NCBI GenBank assembly: GCA_951406725.2
Contig: OX597818.1
Location: 27,280,001-27,344,000, forward strand
Reading direction: 5' to 3'
Length of the DNA stretch: 64,000 bases
Source: Octopus vulgaris
Lineage: Eukaryota
Numbering within the stretch: the first letter of the stretch is position 1; every line of letters begins with the position of its first letter. Below, in pieces: positions 50,478-62,072 of this stretch. Made by a program: the position numbers and the translations under genes. Below the pieces are notes generated by a model. It was not told the DNA's origin. It saw nothing but the letters and a program-made list of their open reading frames with translations, and did no database searches.

Positions 50478-53400
50478 CGTCACTCCCTCTCCCTTTCGGT
50501 CACTTACCCTTCCACCACATGCCCCCTAATTTAATGATCACTGCTCGCTTGTTCTGTTTCGTAATCGTCCATCCATTTGGGTGGGTGGGGTAGCAACGTT
50601 CTCTTTGAGATCCCCGCAGGGTGACGGGGCTGGCCTCTCCCTCCCCTTCGTAATCGGAAGAGCTAATCCCCCTTCGAATATCCAGGACGTGACGCGGCAT
50701 ACAATCCACTGATACATTATTCAGAGTACTGATCGCGGTCACCTTATCCCCACTACATTGTGCACCGAGCGTTCGGGGGCTTCACTCACATTTCGTCTCC
50801 AACCTGCATAGATGCAACCCCTTCCACCTCTGGCTGCTGCAGCACTATGCTTGAGTGTCTCCATTTGTACCAGAATATGGCCGTTTGCGAGACCGACTCT
50901 TCAACTTGCTCTGCCCTGGGTGACATGTTGTACCAGAAGACTGCCTATGTTGGGGAGATTCGTCCTCTCTCAGCCATTACTTTAATCGTACGGTGGTGCC
51001 GTTCCACAATCCCGTTTCCACCGAGCCTGCATGCGGCTCTAAAGAAGCGTCTTGTGCTTCACCTTTCGAGCATTTCCTTCAGCTGCTCTGATCGAAAGAC
51101 TGTGCTGTTGTCCACCAATAGCTCGTCTACATGTCCTCTTTCCAAGAACATCGCATCCAGCACTTCTGCGACTTCGGCAGCAGTTTCTTCCCTGATCTCT
51201 CTCCTTACAGCCATACTCCCAGGTCCACAGCTGACCATTAAATGTATACCTTTCCCCAATAGTGCGTCACATCAATGGCTAGCCTCTTCCAGTCTTCCTC
51301 TACCGTCCACCATGACGTCGTCCACCACCTCATCAACTACAACCGCCTGTAGCCTTAACACGGACTCCTGTATCTCCAGATTCACTTCTCTGATACCCCT
51401 ACATTGACCTCCGTGCCATCCACCGCACTGAGCCTGATGTTTCCTCTCCAGCTCTCGACTATTCTCGCAGTTACCAGAGTGGTCGTACAACCCGTATCCA
51501 CGAGGGCTCGTGCTTCCGTCACCCCACCATAAGCCTCACTACAGGTAACAATCTGTGATACGCCTTCAATTGGTCTTATGGGGAACTAGTGAGGCAGTAG
51601 TTTCCCTCTCTTTCTTTCCCTGCCTGCAGTAATTCGCTATGTACCCACGTTGGCCGCATTGGTTTTGGTTCCGCACATACCCCTGACCATGTTCCTACCT
51701 CGACATCTGAAGCGTGGTCCCTTGGCTGTTCGCGTCGCCACTCTTGCTGTCGTTGTTCGCTGCCTGTCAATTCGTTCTGCTTGTTTCCGCTGTTACTGTT
51801 GCCACTACGTTGTGTTGCTTTGCGTCAAAACCTGCGTTTTGTCTATCATTTCTCCTGCCGATATCGTTTCGATGTCTGGCATCTGCAACAGACGTAACAA
51901 GATATGGTCGGGGAATCCGGTCACAAAAGTCAGCTTCACTATCCGTTCCATCGTGGCTGTAGTAAACGCCGACCTAATCTCGTCCATGTAGTCATCTATC
52001 TGCTCACTCCTTCATCTTATTCTTCCGAGCTTACTGTAGGCTTTAAGAGCCTCCTCTGTGTATGTGTTCTTCAGCCACTTTTTCCTGGTTCATCTCTAAG
52101 TACAGATTCAGCGCACTGCTTTCTACAGTAGCATAAGGCTAGTCACATCTATACCCTGCAGCTTCGCCACGAGTCTCACTTTTTTTTATTCAGGCCACCA
52201 CATCGCTTTTCCTAGTAAACAGTTTCAACGCATCACTACTAATTCTGATTTTCGTGGAGATCGCGCGCCGGCGGTCGGAATGGCAGGAGCTCAAAAACGA
52301 GGAAGAACAATAGAAAGCAATATATATATGTAGTTAATTTTGCATGCATGAAGTGGATTCGATCCACCATAGTCAAATTTAAATTAACACTGCAATAGAA
52401 CTGTTCCCACGATGGAACAATGGCTTTTCTCTGACAGCAGTTTTACATTTTCCAGATGCCTTTTGCTAGGCCGAAATAATGTCTTCACTTGACTCTTTCT
52501 AACCTCTTCTACTTCACCAAAAGCTAGAATAGAGATAAGAGACCACCAACTAAATCTATTGTTCTCAATGATATATCTGTCCTTCTGGATAGTTATATAA
52601 GCAAGCATACCCCAAACAAAAATCAGTTCGTCACAGTCGTGACAACTCAACGGAGTTAGTTACAGTTGGTGACGACTCGACGAAGTCTGGCTGACCAGCT
52701 AGAACCTTGGTCAGAGGGAGAAAGCAACTGTGAGACAACACCCTACAATTCTCTCTAGCTCTAATTCTGTTCTCCTACAACATCATTCTATTTCTCTCTG
52801 TATTTACTACTAAACAATGAAGAGGACACAAACACAAACTTTACTTCGCATGCTTTTGGATTATCATAATCTGCACGTCGAGGCAAGGTAATTGTAATGT
52901 ACCGGTAAATAAATACTTTCTTAAAACTTCGTGCATTGTTCATCATTCACATCCTACAACATGCAATTATAACAACAAATTTTTATCGTCACACCAGCTG
53001 ACTATCGACATCATCACTAATAATGTTTACAAATCAATTTCAACCGTTACGTTTAGTGACCCTCGACTTGAACCAACAACTTTATCGTTACAACTAATTA
53101 CCGTTACAATTGGTGACTCCGACATATCAATATTATTGTATACAAATCCGATTTCAACCGTTACATTTGGTGACCCCGAACAAGAGCATTGCAACCTTCC
53201 TAAGAACCAAAACTTTACCCGTTACACACACACACACAATTCTCGGACGTATATTTACAACTAGTAAAGACGTACCGAAATAGCTTGTGCGGTTTAAAGG
53301 CACAAAATAAAGTTGCTTTTACCCCGAATTGCAATCGGAGACAACCAGCCAAATCATTCAATTGTAATCCCATGTCGACTCTGCCGTTTCCTCGCCAGCA

Positions 53401-53573
53401 AGCAGTACTACGCCACGACTGTTAGCAGCACACGACCTTCCTCGCCGCAGACCCCCGTAAGAAAGAGGCTGTCTTCAACCTCTTGCTCGCCGACATGAAG
53501 TCATCTCGTACCCCTTTCGGTCCCTTCACGACGTCACTTCCTCTCACTTCCGGTCACTTACCTTTCCACCACA
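50478..53573 (-). mobile_element. Degenerate Gypsy/Ty3 LTR retrotransposon: gag-protease-integrase, no RT/RNase H
   Basis: Matching LTR starts TGTGGTGGAA at 53573 and 50519. PPT AGGGGGCA at 50520-28. Gag remnants at 51600-52250, protease RALVDTGCTT near 51500, integrase RLAIDVTH...LLVDNS...NGIVERHHRTIK at 50950-51290. Confidence 0.85.
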
Positions 53574-54583
53574 GATGAAAAACCGAAATGGAAAGGACGA
53601 AGTGGTGCTTCTGTTTCTTTATACTATGTAAAATAAGAAAAGGATGGGTGAGGCCAAGAGTGCAAACAGAGCATTGTGTAAACTGATGAACACCTACTCT
53701 GTACAAACGTTAAAACAAGCAATAATCTTACAAGAATGAGGTAAGGTATTGAAACCTGATCTACTGAAATATTGGTTAATTGCAGTTACTATATACATTT
53801 CTCGTCTTCACATAGGAACTGTTCAGAAACTTGATCTATGGGAAATGGTGTGTAACCGCAATCACTATATACATTTTTTGTCTTGACACAGGAACTGTTA
53901 TTTATTCTCTTCTCACAGGTCTCTTTCTTTTAGAGAGTAAGGAAATACAGTTAAATAGCTGTTCCTGATATCAGCTCCTTGCTTGAGTGATTTTGATGGC
54001 TTTTGGGATTAAAGTTTATTGCTAACAGTAGGGTATTCCTTAGGCATACCACTTACAAGATGTGTAATAAAAACCACAGTTTCCGCTCCCCGTTACAGTC
54101 GCTGTAGTTGATGTTGTTTAGTCCCCAAGTTAACTCTAAGTACATAGGCCTATAATCAAATGCAGTGAAATCATGCCCACCCCACTTTTTCAGGCAATGT
54201 GTATCCAGGACCATGTAATCTAAAATATCCTTTTCTTTTCAGTACAGTCGACTGTGATTTAAGAGAGACTTGGCTGCTATTTGTTGCAGGTCGAACGTAC
54301 AGTAAATATGGGTTGACCAGTTCGAGGCAAAAGAGGTCTGATCACGTTTTGATTTTAATAACACTTGAGCACATTACCGTGTCACTTCGTCGCTATGATG
54401 TTAAACAAGTAAATTTTAAATGTTTCGAAAGATCTTAATTATTTGAAAACGCAGCTGTTGGTCTGGACCCTGCTTAATCCTGACAATACTCCAGGGTCCC
54501 CTTTTCCCACTATCAAAAACATTGCTATAATGTATTCTGGATGTGAATGGAATTACAGTTGAAGACTAAGGAACTGTAGGGAA

Positions 54584-54880
54584 GGTTCTTTTGTCGAGCA
54601 AGAATCAGTTTCAAGTCTATAAGAATCTGCGAAGACGCATTTAAAAAAAAAGATAATAAATCTTTAATTTTACGAATTCAGTTTACTGTTTTGATCTCAG
54701 TGCTTAATCGGTATATACATGTTGGGAACCTTGGTTCTTTTGTCGAGCAAGAATCAGTTTCAAGTCTATAAGAATCTGCGAAGACGCATTTAAAAAAAAG
54801 ATAATAAATCTTTAATTTTACGAATTCAGTTTACTGTTTTGATCTCAGTGCTTAATCGGTATATACATGTTGGGAACCTT
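54584..54880. repeat. Near-perfect tandem duplication, 149-bp unit x2
   Basis: 54584-54732 equals 54733-54880 except for one A in a homopolymer run. Confidence 0.95.
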
Positions 54881-54929
54881 GATTCTTTCAATAAGAATAG
54901 AAGAATCAAGGTTCTCACGCTAAGTCTTA

Positions 54930-55312
54930 TTCAGTGAGCTCACTTCAGGAAAAAGACCATGTAGTTACCCTCTTCGAAGATACAAGGACCAACTCAAAGA
55001 AACACTCAAAACCACTGGAATTGGGCCTAAATCGTTTGACACACAAACCCGAGATTGTACCAAGTGGCGGTGTTCCGTCAATGTCGGAACCAAAAACTTC
55101 GAAGCTTCCAGAAGAAAAAAGGAAGAAATCAAACGACAGGAGACAAAATCAGCCTCGTCCTCCACCAGTATTGCTATGCTGTCAATGTCATCGACTCTTC
55201 CATGTAAGTATTAGTCTACGGAGTCGTCAACTGCATCACCATAAAGAAAACGTTCAGCAAAGAAGAAAATGAATACTAACATATGAGATAAAGTTGCAGC
55301 CGCCAACGACGA
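54930..55312 (+). mobile_element. RTE/BovB-like LINE 3' end fragment
   Basis: Terminal CxxC-(x)n-H motif (CCQCHRLFHVSISLRSRQLHH) preceded by a basic stretch. Confidence 0.5.
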
Positions 55313-56637
55313 TATTCATGTTGGTTTTTGAAGACGATTTGAAACATTTCAGTACTAAAATTTGTCTACGCAATGATAAAGAAAGTAGAATTATATGGAT
55401 GCAAACTCTATTTCATCTTTTCAGTAAAGAGGTGAACCAAAAGCCTTAGTTAATATTTTGAAATAGGTTGGTTGTGGGGACTTGGAACTACCGTACTGAT
55501 ACATTCCTTATTTCTGTGGGCGGGTGTCGTTATTCCGAAAGCCGAGTGAGGGGTTAATAAAAAAGAAATTTTGGAGCGATCACAATTACTCTACTGGTTC
55601 AAGAGGCATCCACGCATACGCGACAGATATCGTTACTTCGGTAGCCGAGGATGGGGCTGGTTTAAAAAATCGGAAGTTTAGAAAATTTATTTTTCAGATA
55701 TTTGGCGGTTATTTCAAGCAAATCAAGTGACCATATTGAGGTCACCTTCATTTCTTCTGCTGTTTCAATAACAATCCACGCATGCAGTAGTGAGCATTCA
55801 AGTTGCAAACATCCGGAATGTTGGTATAGAGATTCAAGGATTTGTAATTGGAATTTTGAGGAAAAGATTTTGTGTTCAGAATCGTAATCACAATGTTTTC
55901 CATGTGGAATTCCGGAAAATTTCTCGAAAGAAGTTTTTTAAAAATGTGTATGTGTGAGTAGTGGTGTCTTTTTTTTTTAGTTATTTGAGATTTTGAAAAA
56001 CTGTTTTTAAGCCAAACTCATAATCTCAGTGATGGAAAATAAAGGATTCTAAAAAAGTTTTTTACGTTCTTTAACCTTTTCCGCATTCCGATTGTTTACA
56101 CTCACAAATTATCGATACAGATTATCACTACTTCGCTCGTATCCTATTCACACACACACACACACACATATGTGTGTGTGTGTGTGCGGGTATATGTGTA
56201 TATAGATTGAAGTTACAATTTTCCTACGTTACGAAAAGATGCTACGTAGAATACCAGAGAATCTGTTATGTTTTCATGGTTGGCAAGAGATGATTCTTTT
56301 ATGCGAAGTTGGAGTGGGCATAGCAACCGGCTAACGAAGAAAACTTCTGTGAGTCCTCTGGCTTGTGTTTCTTGTGCATCTCAACTATAATCACGATTTG
56401 GTGGGAAATTGTCTGGAATTTAAATGATATCTGCCAGGATATTTTGCGTGAGTCGTTTAAGAGTTAGCCATATCGGCTTACTCTGATGAGCGTTGGTTAT
56501 ATAATCGGATTGTTACCTAACACTTCATTGTATTCCTAGCGCGAAACCGATTGTTAAGATCAGCTGTGATGTATATATAACAGTGTATATTTCAGATAAT
56601 ACACACACACACGCACCCCCACACCCTGTACATATTG

Positions 56638-56815
56638 GACCGCTGAACTCTACATGTTTTTTCATTCTCACTTTGTTTGTTTCTTCTTATTACTTTCTGT
56701 TGGAGAGCGTAGGCACGAAATGTAAAAGACTTTTACATTTTCCCTGAGCTTCAAACTAATACACTTGCTGGTTATTCATACACCTGTCTTCGTCTTTTGT
56801 TTTTCTATAAATTTC

Positions 56816-56818
<3 letters not shown>
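56638..56818 (+). mobile_element. Penelope pseudo-LTR fragment with variant hammerhead motif
   Basis: Inverted copy of 58145-58310. Contains CTTT CTGTTGG A GAGC GTAG GCAC GAAA TGTA AAAG at 56693-56728. Confidence 0.6.

Positions 56819-56892
<74 letters not shown>
56818..56892. repeat. (TA)n microsatellite
   Basis: Direct observation. Confidence 0.95.
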
Positions 56893-56896
<4 letters not shown>

Positions 56897-56906
56897 CAAC
56901 ACACAC

Positions 56907-57365
56907 GGAGGCGCAATGGCCCAGTGGTTAGGGCAGCGGATTCGCGGCAGACGGGCATTGTGAGTGTTTATTGAACGAAAACACCTAAAGCTCCATGAGG
57001 CTCCGGTAGTGGGTGATGGTGAACCCTGCTGTACTCTTTCACCACAACTTTCTCTCCCTCTTTCTTCCTGTTTCTGTTGTACCTGTATTTCAAAGGGCCA
57101 GCCTTGTCACACTCTGTGTCACGGTGAATCTCCCCGAGAACTACGTTAAGGGTACACGTGTCTGTGGAGTTCTCAGCCACTTGCACGTTAATAAATGAGC
57201 TGCGACGTCACCTTGGATAACCTTGGATAACATCGGTGGCGTGTTGAGGGGAGGCTGGTATGCGTAGGCGACTGCTGGTCTTCCATAAACAACCTTGCTT
57301 GGACTTGTGCCTCGGAGGGTAACTTTCTACGTGCAATCCCATGGTCATTCATGACCGAAGGGAGT
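56907..57365 (+). mobile_element. tRNA-derived SINE
   Basis: Head ggaggcgcaatggcccagtggttagggcagcgga (A box). The 3' part is shared with 24060-24200. Confidence 0.75.
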
Positions 57366-57461
57366 CACAGCAACTATATATATATATACGTACACACTGA
57401 CGTAGGTTTGCTAGGAGTTGTAAGATTTGTGTGCTTTAGATTTTATTACCATATTTATTTG

Positions 57462-57678
57462 CGAGGGGGTGCTGAAAATTTCGTGGCTTTGGGTGAAAGA
57501 AAATACAAGAAGATCAGTTAATTATGATTTTATTGAACATACTTTCCTTTCAGATTGATACACTTATTGCAGCAGTCCTTCAGTTTTTCTTAGCCCTGTA
57601 AAAGAACTCGGAAGGTTGGGCCTCCAACCAGGCCTTTCGCGACACCCTTAAAGCCAGGAACTTTTCAGCACACCATGG
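57462..57678. mobile_element. Mariner-type MITE
   Basis: Imperfect TIRs ggtgctgaaaatttcgtggcttt / aaagccaggaacttttcagcac, with TA at the right flank. Confidence 0.7.
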
Positions 57679-58066
57679 TATAGATTGAAGTTACAATTTT
57701 GGTACGTTACGAAAAGATGTTATGCTGAATACCAGTAGCTAGTGTGTGAGAATGTATACTTGGTGAGAGGGAAAATGTTATATCTTAGTGCTTGGCGGGA
57801 GATGATCCTTTTACACGAGGTTGGAGCGGACATAGCAATCGGCTCTTCAAGAAAACCTCTGTGAGTCCTCTGGCTTGTATTTCTTGTACATCTCGACTTA
57901 TAAGTACGATTTGGTGCGAAACTGTCTGGAATTTTACGTTAATCATAACACTTCACAAATGCGCCAGAACAACGACTGGTAGAAATATGAGCCAAAGTCA
58001 CCTGATAAGGACAGTTGCCGTCAAATATAGAAACTTGATATGCCATATGTATGTGCATTTATGAAT

Positions 58067-58068
<2 letters not shown>

Positions 58069-58140
<72 letters not shown>

Positions 58141-58357
58141 ACAGCTGAAATTTATGGAAAAACTAAAGTCGAGGACAGGTGTGTGAACAACAAGCAAGTG
58201 TATTAGTTTCACGCTCGGGGAAAAAGGAAAATATCTTTTACGTTTCAACAGAAAGTAATAATAAGAAAAAAACAGAGAGAGAATGAAACAAAACGTGTAG
58301 AGTTCAGCTATCCTACATAGCGAATGATCGCTAAAAAAGAGGTTGAAAGAAGGGAAG

Positions 58358-58418
<61 letters not shown>

Positions 58419-58577
58419 TGATAATAATAATAATAATAATAATAATAAAAGGTTGAATGAAAGGGAGATAATAATAGTGCTAATGATTCCAACGAGAGAA
58501 GGTGCGCGTGCGCCTGCGTATATGAGAATGGTGAGTGTATGTGTGAATAGGGTCGAGTGGCTCTGACGTATGTGTGT

Positions 58578-58641
<64 letters not shown>
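58069..58641. repeat. Microsatellite cluster: (CA)n 58069-58143, (AAT)n 58358-58448, (GT)n/(GA)n 58581-58641
   Basis: Direct observation. Lies in and next to the 3' region of a Penelope-like element. Confidence 0.9.
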
Positions 58642-58643
<2 letters not shown>

Positions 58644-60040
58644 AGAGAGTGTGTGTCTGTGACCAAACAGTGTGCATGTGTATGGTGTACGTATGTGGAT
58701 GGAAGTTGTCTTTGTCTATGTATGTTGCATGTGTTCATGCGTGTTGCGAGTGTATATATATATATTGTTTGTGTTTAGGTATCATGTGATTGTGTGGGTG
58801 TGAGAGTATGCATGATGGTGTGTGTACTGAATTAAACAGTATGTGTGGCTGCTCATATAGTGGTATGCTTGGTGACGCTATTGATGATTGTGTGTGGGTG
58901 TGTAGATGATGGTGTGTGGTGTGGGGTTGCTGTCAAATGAAGAGAAGAGGTGAGGTTGATGTCAGACGAAAAGAGGTTAGTTGATCCCGTATAGTACAAA
59001 GCAGCGAAGAGAGAAGATTAATTCTTGTTCACGGCGAAGGCGGGGATCCGTGTGGCCCCTGTGCAAAGAGAGTCCTAACACAGACAGATGTTGTAGCGAA
59101 TGATCGGTAGAGCGGAAATGGTGCGAGACTGAGGTGTCATTGCCGGGTCTGATGTCTTGGAGATGCTCCGCGAACCGGTCAGCCAAGCGGCGTTCCGTTT
59201 GACCGATCTACAGGGAAGGACAGAGAAAGCAGGAGATGCAGTAAATGACATTTCTAGAAGTGCAGGTCTAGAAGAGTCGGTGATGTGACAGGGACGATGA
59301 TTGGTGCCTGTGAGAATGGTGGTGTTGGAGAAGTAAGGGCAGGCGCGACAGCGGGAGCAGGGGAACAAGCCAGACTCGGAGGTGGGGTTAGGGAAGAGAC
59401 TGTGGACTAGGAAGTCACGCAGGGTATGGACTCGTTTGAAGGAGGGAAGGGGTAGGTTGGGGAAGATAAGTGCGGCGGAGGAGTCGGACTAGAGTCGCCG
59501 GAGGCTCGGAGAATGGTGCGTTGGAGAGGAAAGGGCTGGTAGGTGAGGGGAAACGGGAGACGGGCAACGGCGGGGTAGGTGCGGGGAGAAAGAGCAAATG
59601 CCCGGATCCCAGATCGTGCCCTGGCAAAGGCACTGTTGATAGTGGTGAGGGAGATATCCACATAGGATGAAGTGATGAGCCATGAGTTGAGACTGAGTTT
59701 CAAAGCCATGGTTGTCACTGCAGAGCCTGTGCAGACGGAGGAATTGTGATTAGGGGACGGAGAGCTTGGTGTGGGCAGGGTGGGAGGAAGAGAAGTTAAT
59801 GTAGGAATGTGAGTCAGTGTGTTTGTAGTGGATGGAGGTTATGAGAGCGGAGTGATGTATGCTGATAGAAATGTCGAGAAATTAGACGGAAGAGTTAGAG
59901 AGAGTAAGAGAATTCGAGGGCAAGATGGAAGGATTGGACAAAAGAGAGGAAGGAGTTTATTTGTTCGCGAGAGAGCGAAGTCATGCCGAAACAGTCATAG
60001 ATATAACGACCTTATAGTTCGGGAGTGGGACCAGTGAATT
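58145..60040 (-). mobile_element. Penelope-like element (Neptune-type), frameshifted RT-thumb, Cys linker and GIY-YIG
   Basis: TDSHSYINFSSSHPAHTK, PCSRCRACP linker, RFAEHLQDI...VSHHF...RREQELIFSL...GIN*. 3' pseudo-LTR at 58145-58310. Confidence 0.85.
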
Positions 60041-60184
60041 CTGAGAATATTTGGGCTTCAAGAAGTCCTTCGTTGTGTGGGATCACACTATATAAACTTT
60101 TGATATCAAAATTGAACAGATATTTCTGTACATTATGAGGAATTATGTACATTATTTATATTTGTCCTCATCTTGTTTGTTGTT

Positions 60185-60230
60185 AACACAACATTTCGGC
60201 TGATATACCCTCCAGCCTTCATCAGGTATC
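60185..60230 (-). ncRNA. Minimal type-I hammerhead ribozyme motif
   Basis: GAUAC CUGAUGA A GGCUG-GAGGGUAUAU-CAGCC GAAA UGUU GUGUU: intact CUGAUGA/GAAA core, 5-bp stem II, stem I with wobble pairs. Confidence 0.75.
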
Positions 60231-61267
60231 TAGGGGAAATTTCGAACCTGGGTTCTCATTCCTAAGGTATTTTTCGATGTTGTTGTTTTGTTGTTGTTGT
60301 TGTTGTTGTTATTATGATTATTATAAGAATCAAACTCGGAATCTTGGGGTTAGTAGCCCGCGCTCTCTAGCACTACACAATATGCCCAATTATGGAGTGA
60401 ATTTTAGGGCTTATAAATCTAATATTTTCCTATTCTTCCTTAATACCGGTTCCCATATGCTATCCATATCTGCACTCAGTCTGCTTAGGAGGTTGTTGTG
60501 TCCTAGTATATGTGCTGCTTTTTTTAGTTTTCGTATTTTCCAGTGTTGTTCTCTGGCTATTATTTTAACTTCATCCCACAGGGGGAGGTGGTCTCCATTT
60601 TTCCATACATGATCAGCTACACCCGATTTATCAATATCTCCCCGTGTCACAGATTTGCGATGTTCGTCTACTCTTATTTTGATGGAGCGGCATGTTTTGC
60701 CTTTGTATAACCTACCACATCTGCATGGGATAGACTACACGCAGTCTTTGGTCATATTGTCTTGTATTGGTGGTTTTACTCGAAGGAGATATTTACGAAG
60801 TGTTGTATTACTCTTGAATACTGTCCTGATGTCATATGGGCCGTACATCTTTTGTATCTTTTCGGAGAGGCCGTTCGCATAGGGTAGACACACTGTGGAC
60901 AGTTTATCGGTTTCATCCTCTCTCTTCTTCACAATTGGAGTGGATAGTATATTTTGGGGTTACTTAATAGATTGTTACTTAGCTTCATCATTTTTTCGTG
61001 GTGGATATCACGATCACTACTTATATTCTTTGCTCGATGTTTTAGGCACTGAGCAATCCCTCTCTTTATATTGTATGGACTGTGGGAATTGAAGTTGAGA
61101 TATCGCCCAGTGAAGGTCCGCTTGCGGTATACGGATGTCCTGAATCCATACTTGGTGCGTGTTATTAACGTCCAGGAATGCTAGCGGATTGTCTTTTTCC
61201 TTTTCCATTGTGAACTGTATGGATGGTTTTATTGAGTTCACATGATCAAACAGGACTTGGACATCTT

Positions 61268-61312
<45 letters not shown>

Positions 61313-61342
61313 TAATAAAAATAATAATAATAATAATAATAA

Positions 61343-61740
61343 TAAGTAGCTTGCTAACCAACCACATGGTTCCGGGTTCAGTCCCACTGCGTGGCATCTT
61401 GGGCAAGTGTCTTCTGCTATAGCCTCGGGCCGACCAAAGCTTTGTGAGTGGATTTGGTAGACGGAAACTGAAAGAAGCCTGTCGTATATATGTATATATA
61501 TATGTATGTGTGTGTATATGTTTGTGTGTCTGTGTTTGTCCCTCTAGCATTGCTTGACAACCGATGCTGGTGTGTTTACGTCCCTGTCAACTAGCGGTTC
61601 GGCAAAAGAGACCGATAGAATAAGTATTGGGCTTACAAAGAATAAGTCCCGGGGTCGATTTGCTCGATTAAAGGTGGTGCTCCAGCATGGTCGCAGTCAA
61701 ATGACTGAAACAAGTAAAAGAGTAAAAGAGTAAAAGAGTA
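61343..61740 (+). mobile_element. tRNA-derived SINE (family B) inside the Penelope element
   Basis: B-box-like gggttcagtccc, internal (TA/TG)n, (AAAGAGT)n tail. Confidence 0.85.
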
Positions 61741-61820
61741 ATAATAATAATAATAATAATAACAACAACAACAACAACAACGAAAAATACCTTAGGAATG
61801 AGGACCCAGGTTCGAAATTT

Positions 61821-61860
61821 CTGATGAAAGTTGGAGGGTATATCGGCCGAAACGTTGTTA
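61821..61860 (+). ncRNA. Hammerhead motif, degenerate (5' stem I strand deleted)
   Basis: CTGATGA A AGTTG GAGGGTATAT CGGCC GAAAC GTT, a copy of 60185-60230. Confidence 0.55.
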
Positions 61861-61939
61861 ACAACAAACAAGATGAGGACAAATATCCGCCAAATGTAAA
61901 TAATGTATAAATTTCTGTTCACTCTTGATATGTGTAAGT

Positions 61940-62072
<133 letters not shown>

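Larger units (their letters stand above)
60130..61915 (-). mobile_element. Penelope/Poseidon-type element with inverted pseudo-LTRs
   Basis: NSIKPSIQFTMEKEKDNPLAFLDV (RT), LPYANGLSEKI, CV.SIPCRCGRLYKG.T..IRVDEH..SGVADH (GIY-YIG). 60140-60320 and 61740-61912 are inverted copies. Confidence 0.88.

Noticed and set aside
56907-56960. tRNA gene
   Set aside because: Only the A-box/D-arm is present and it continues into a SINE body; there is no complete cloverleaf.
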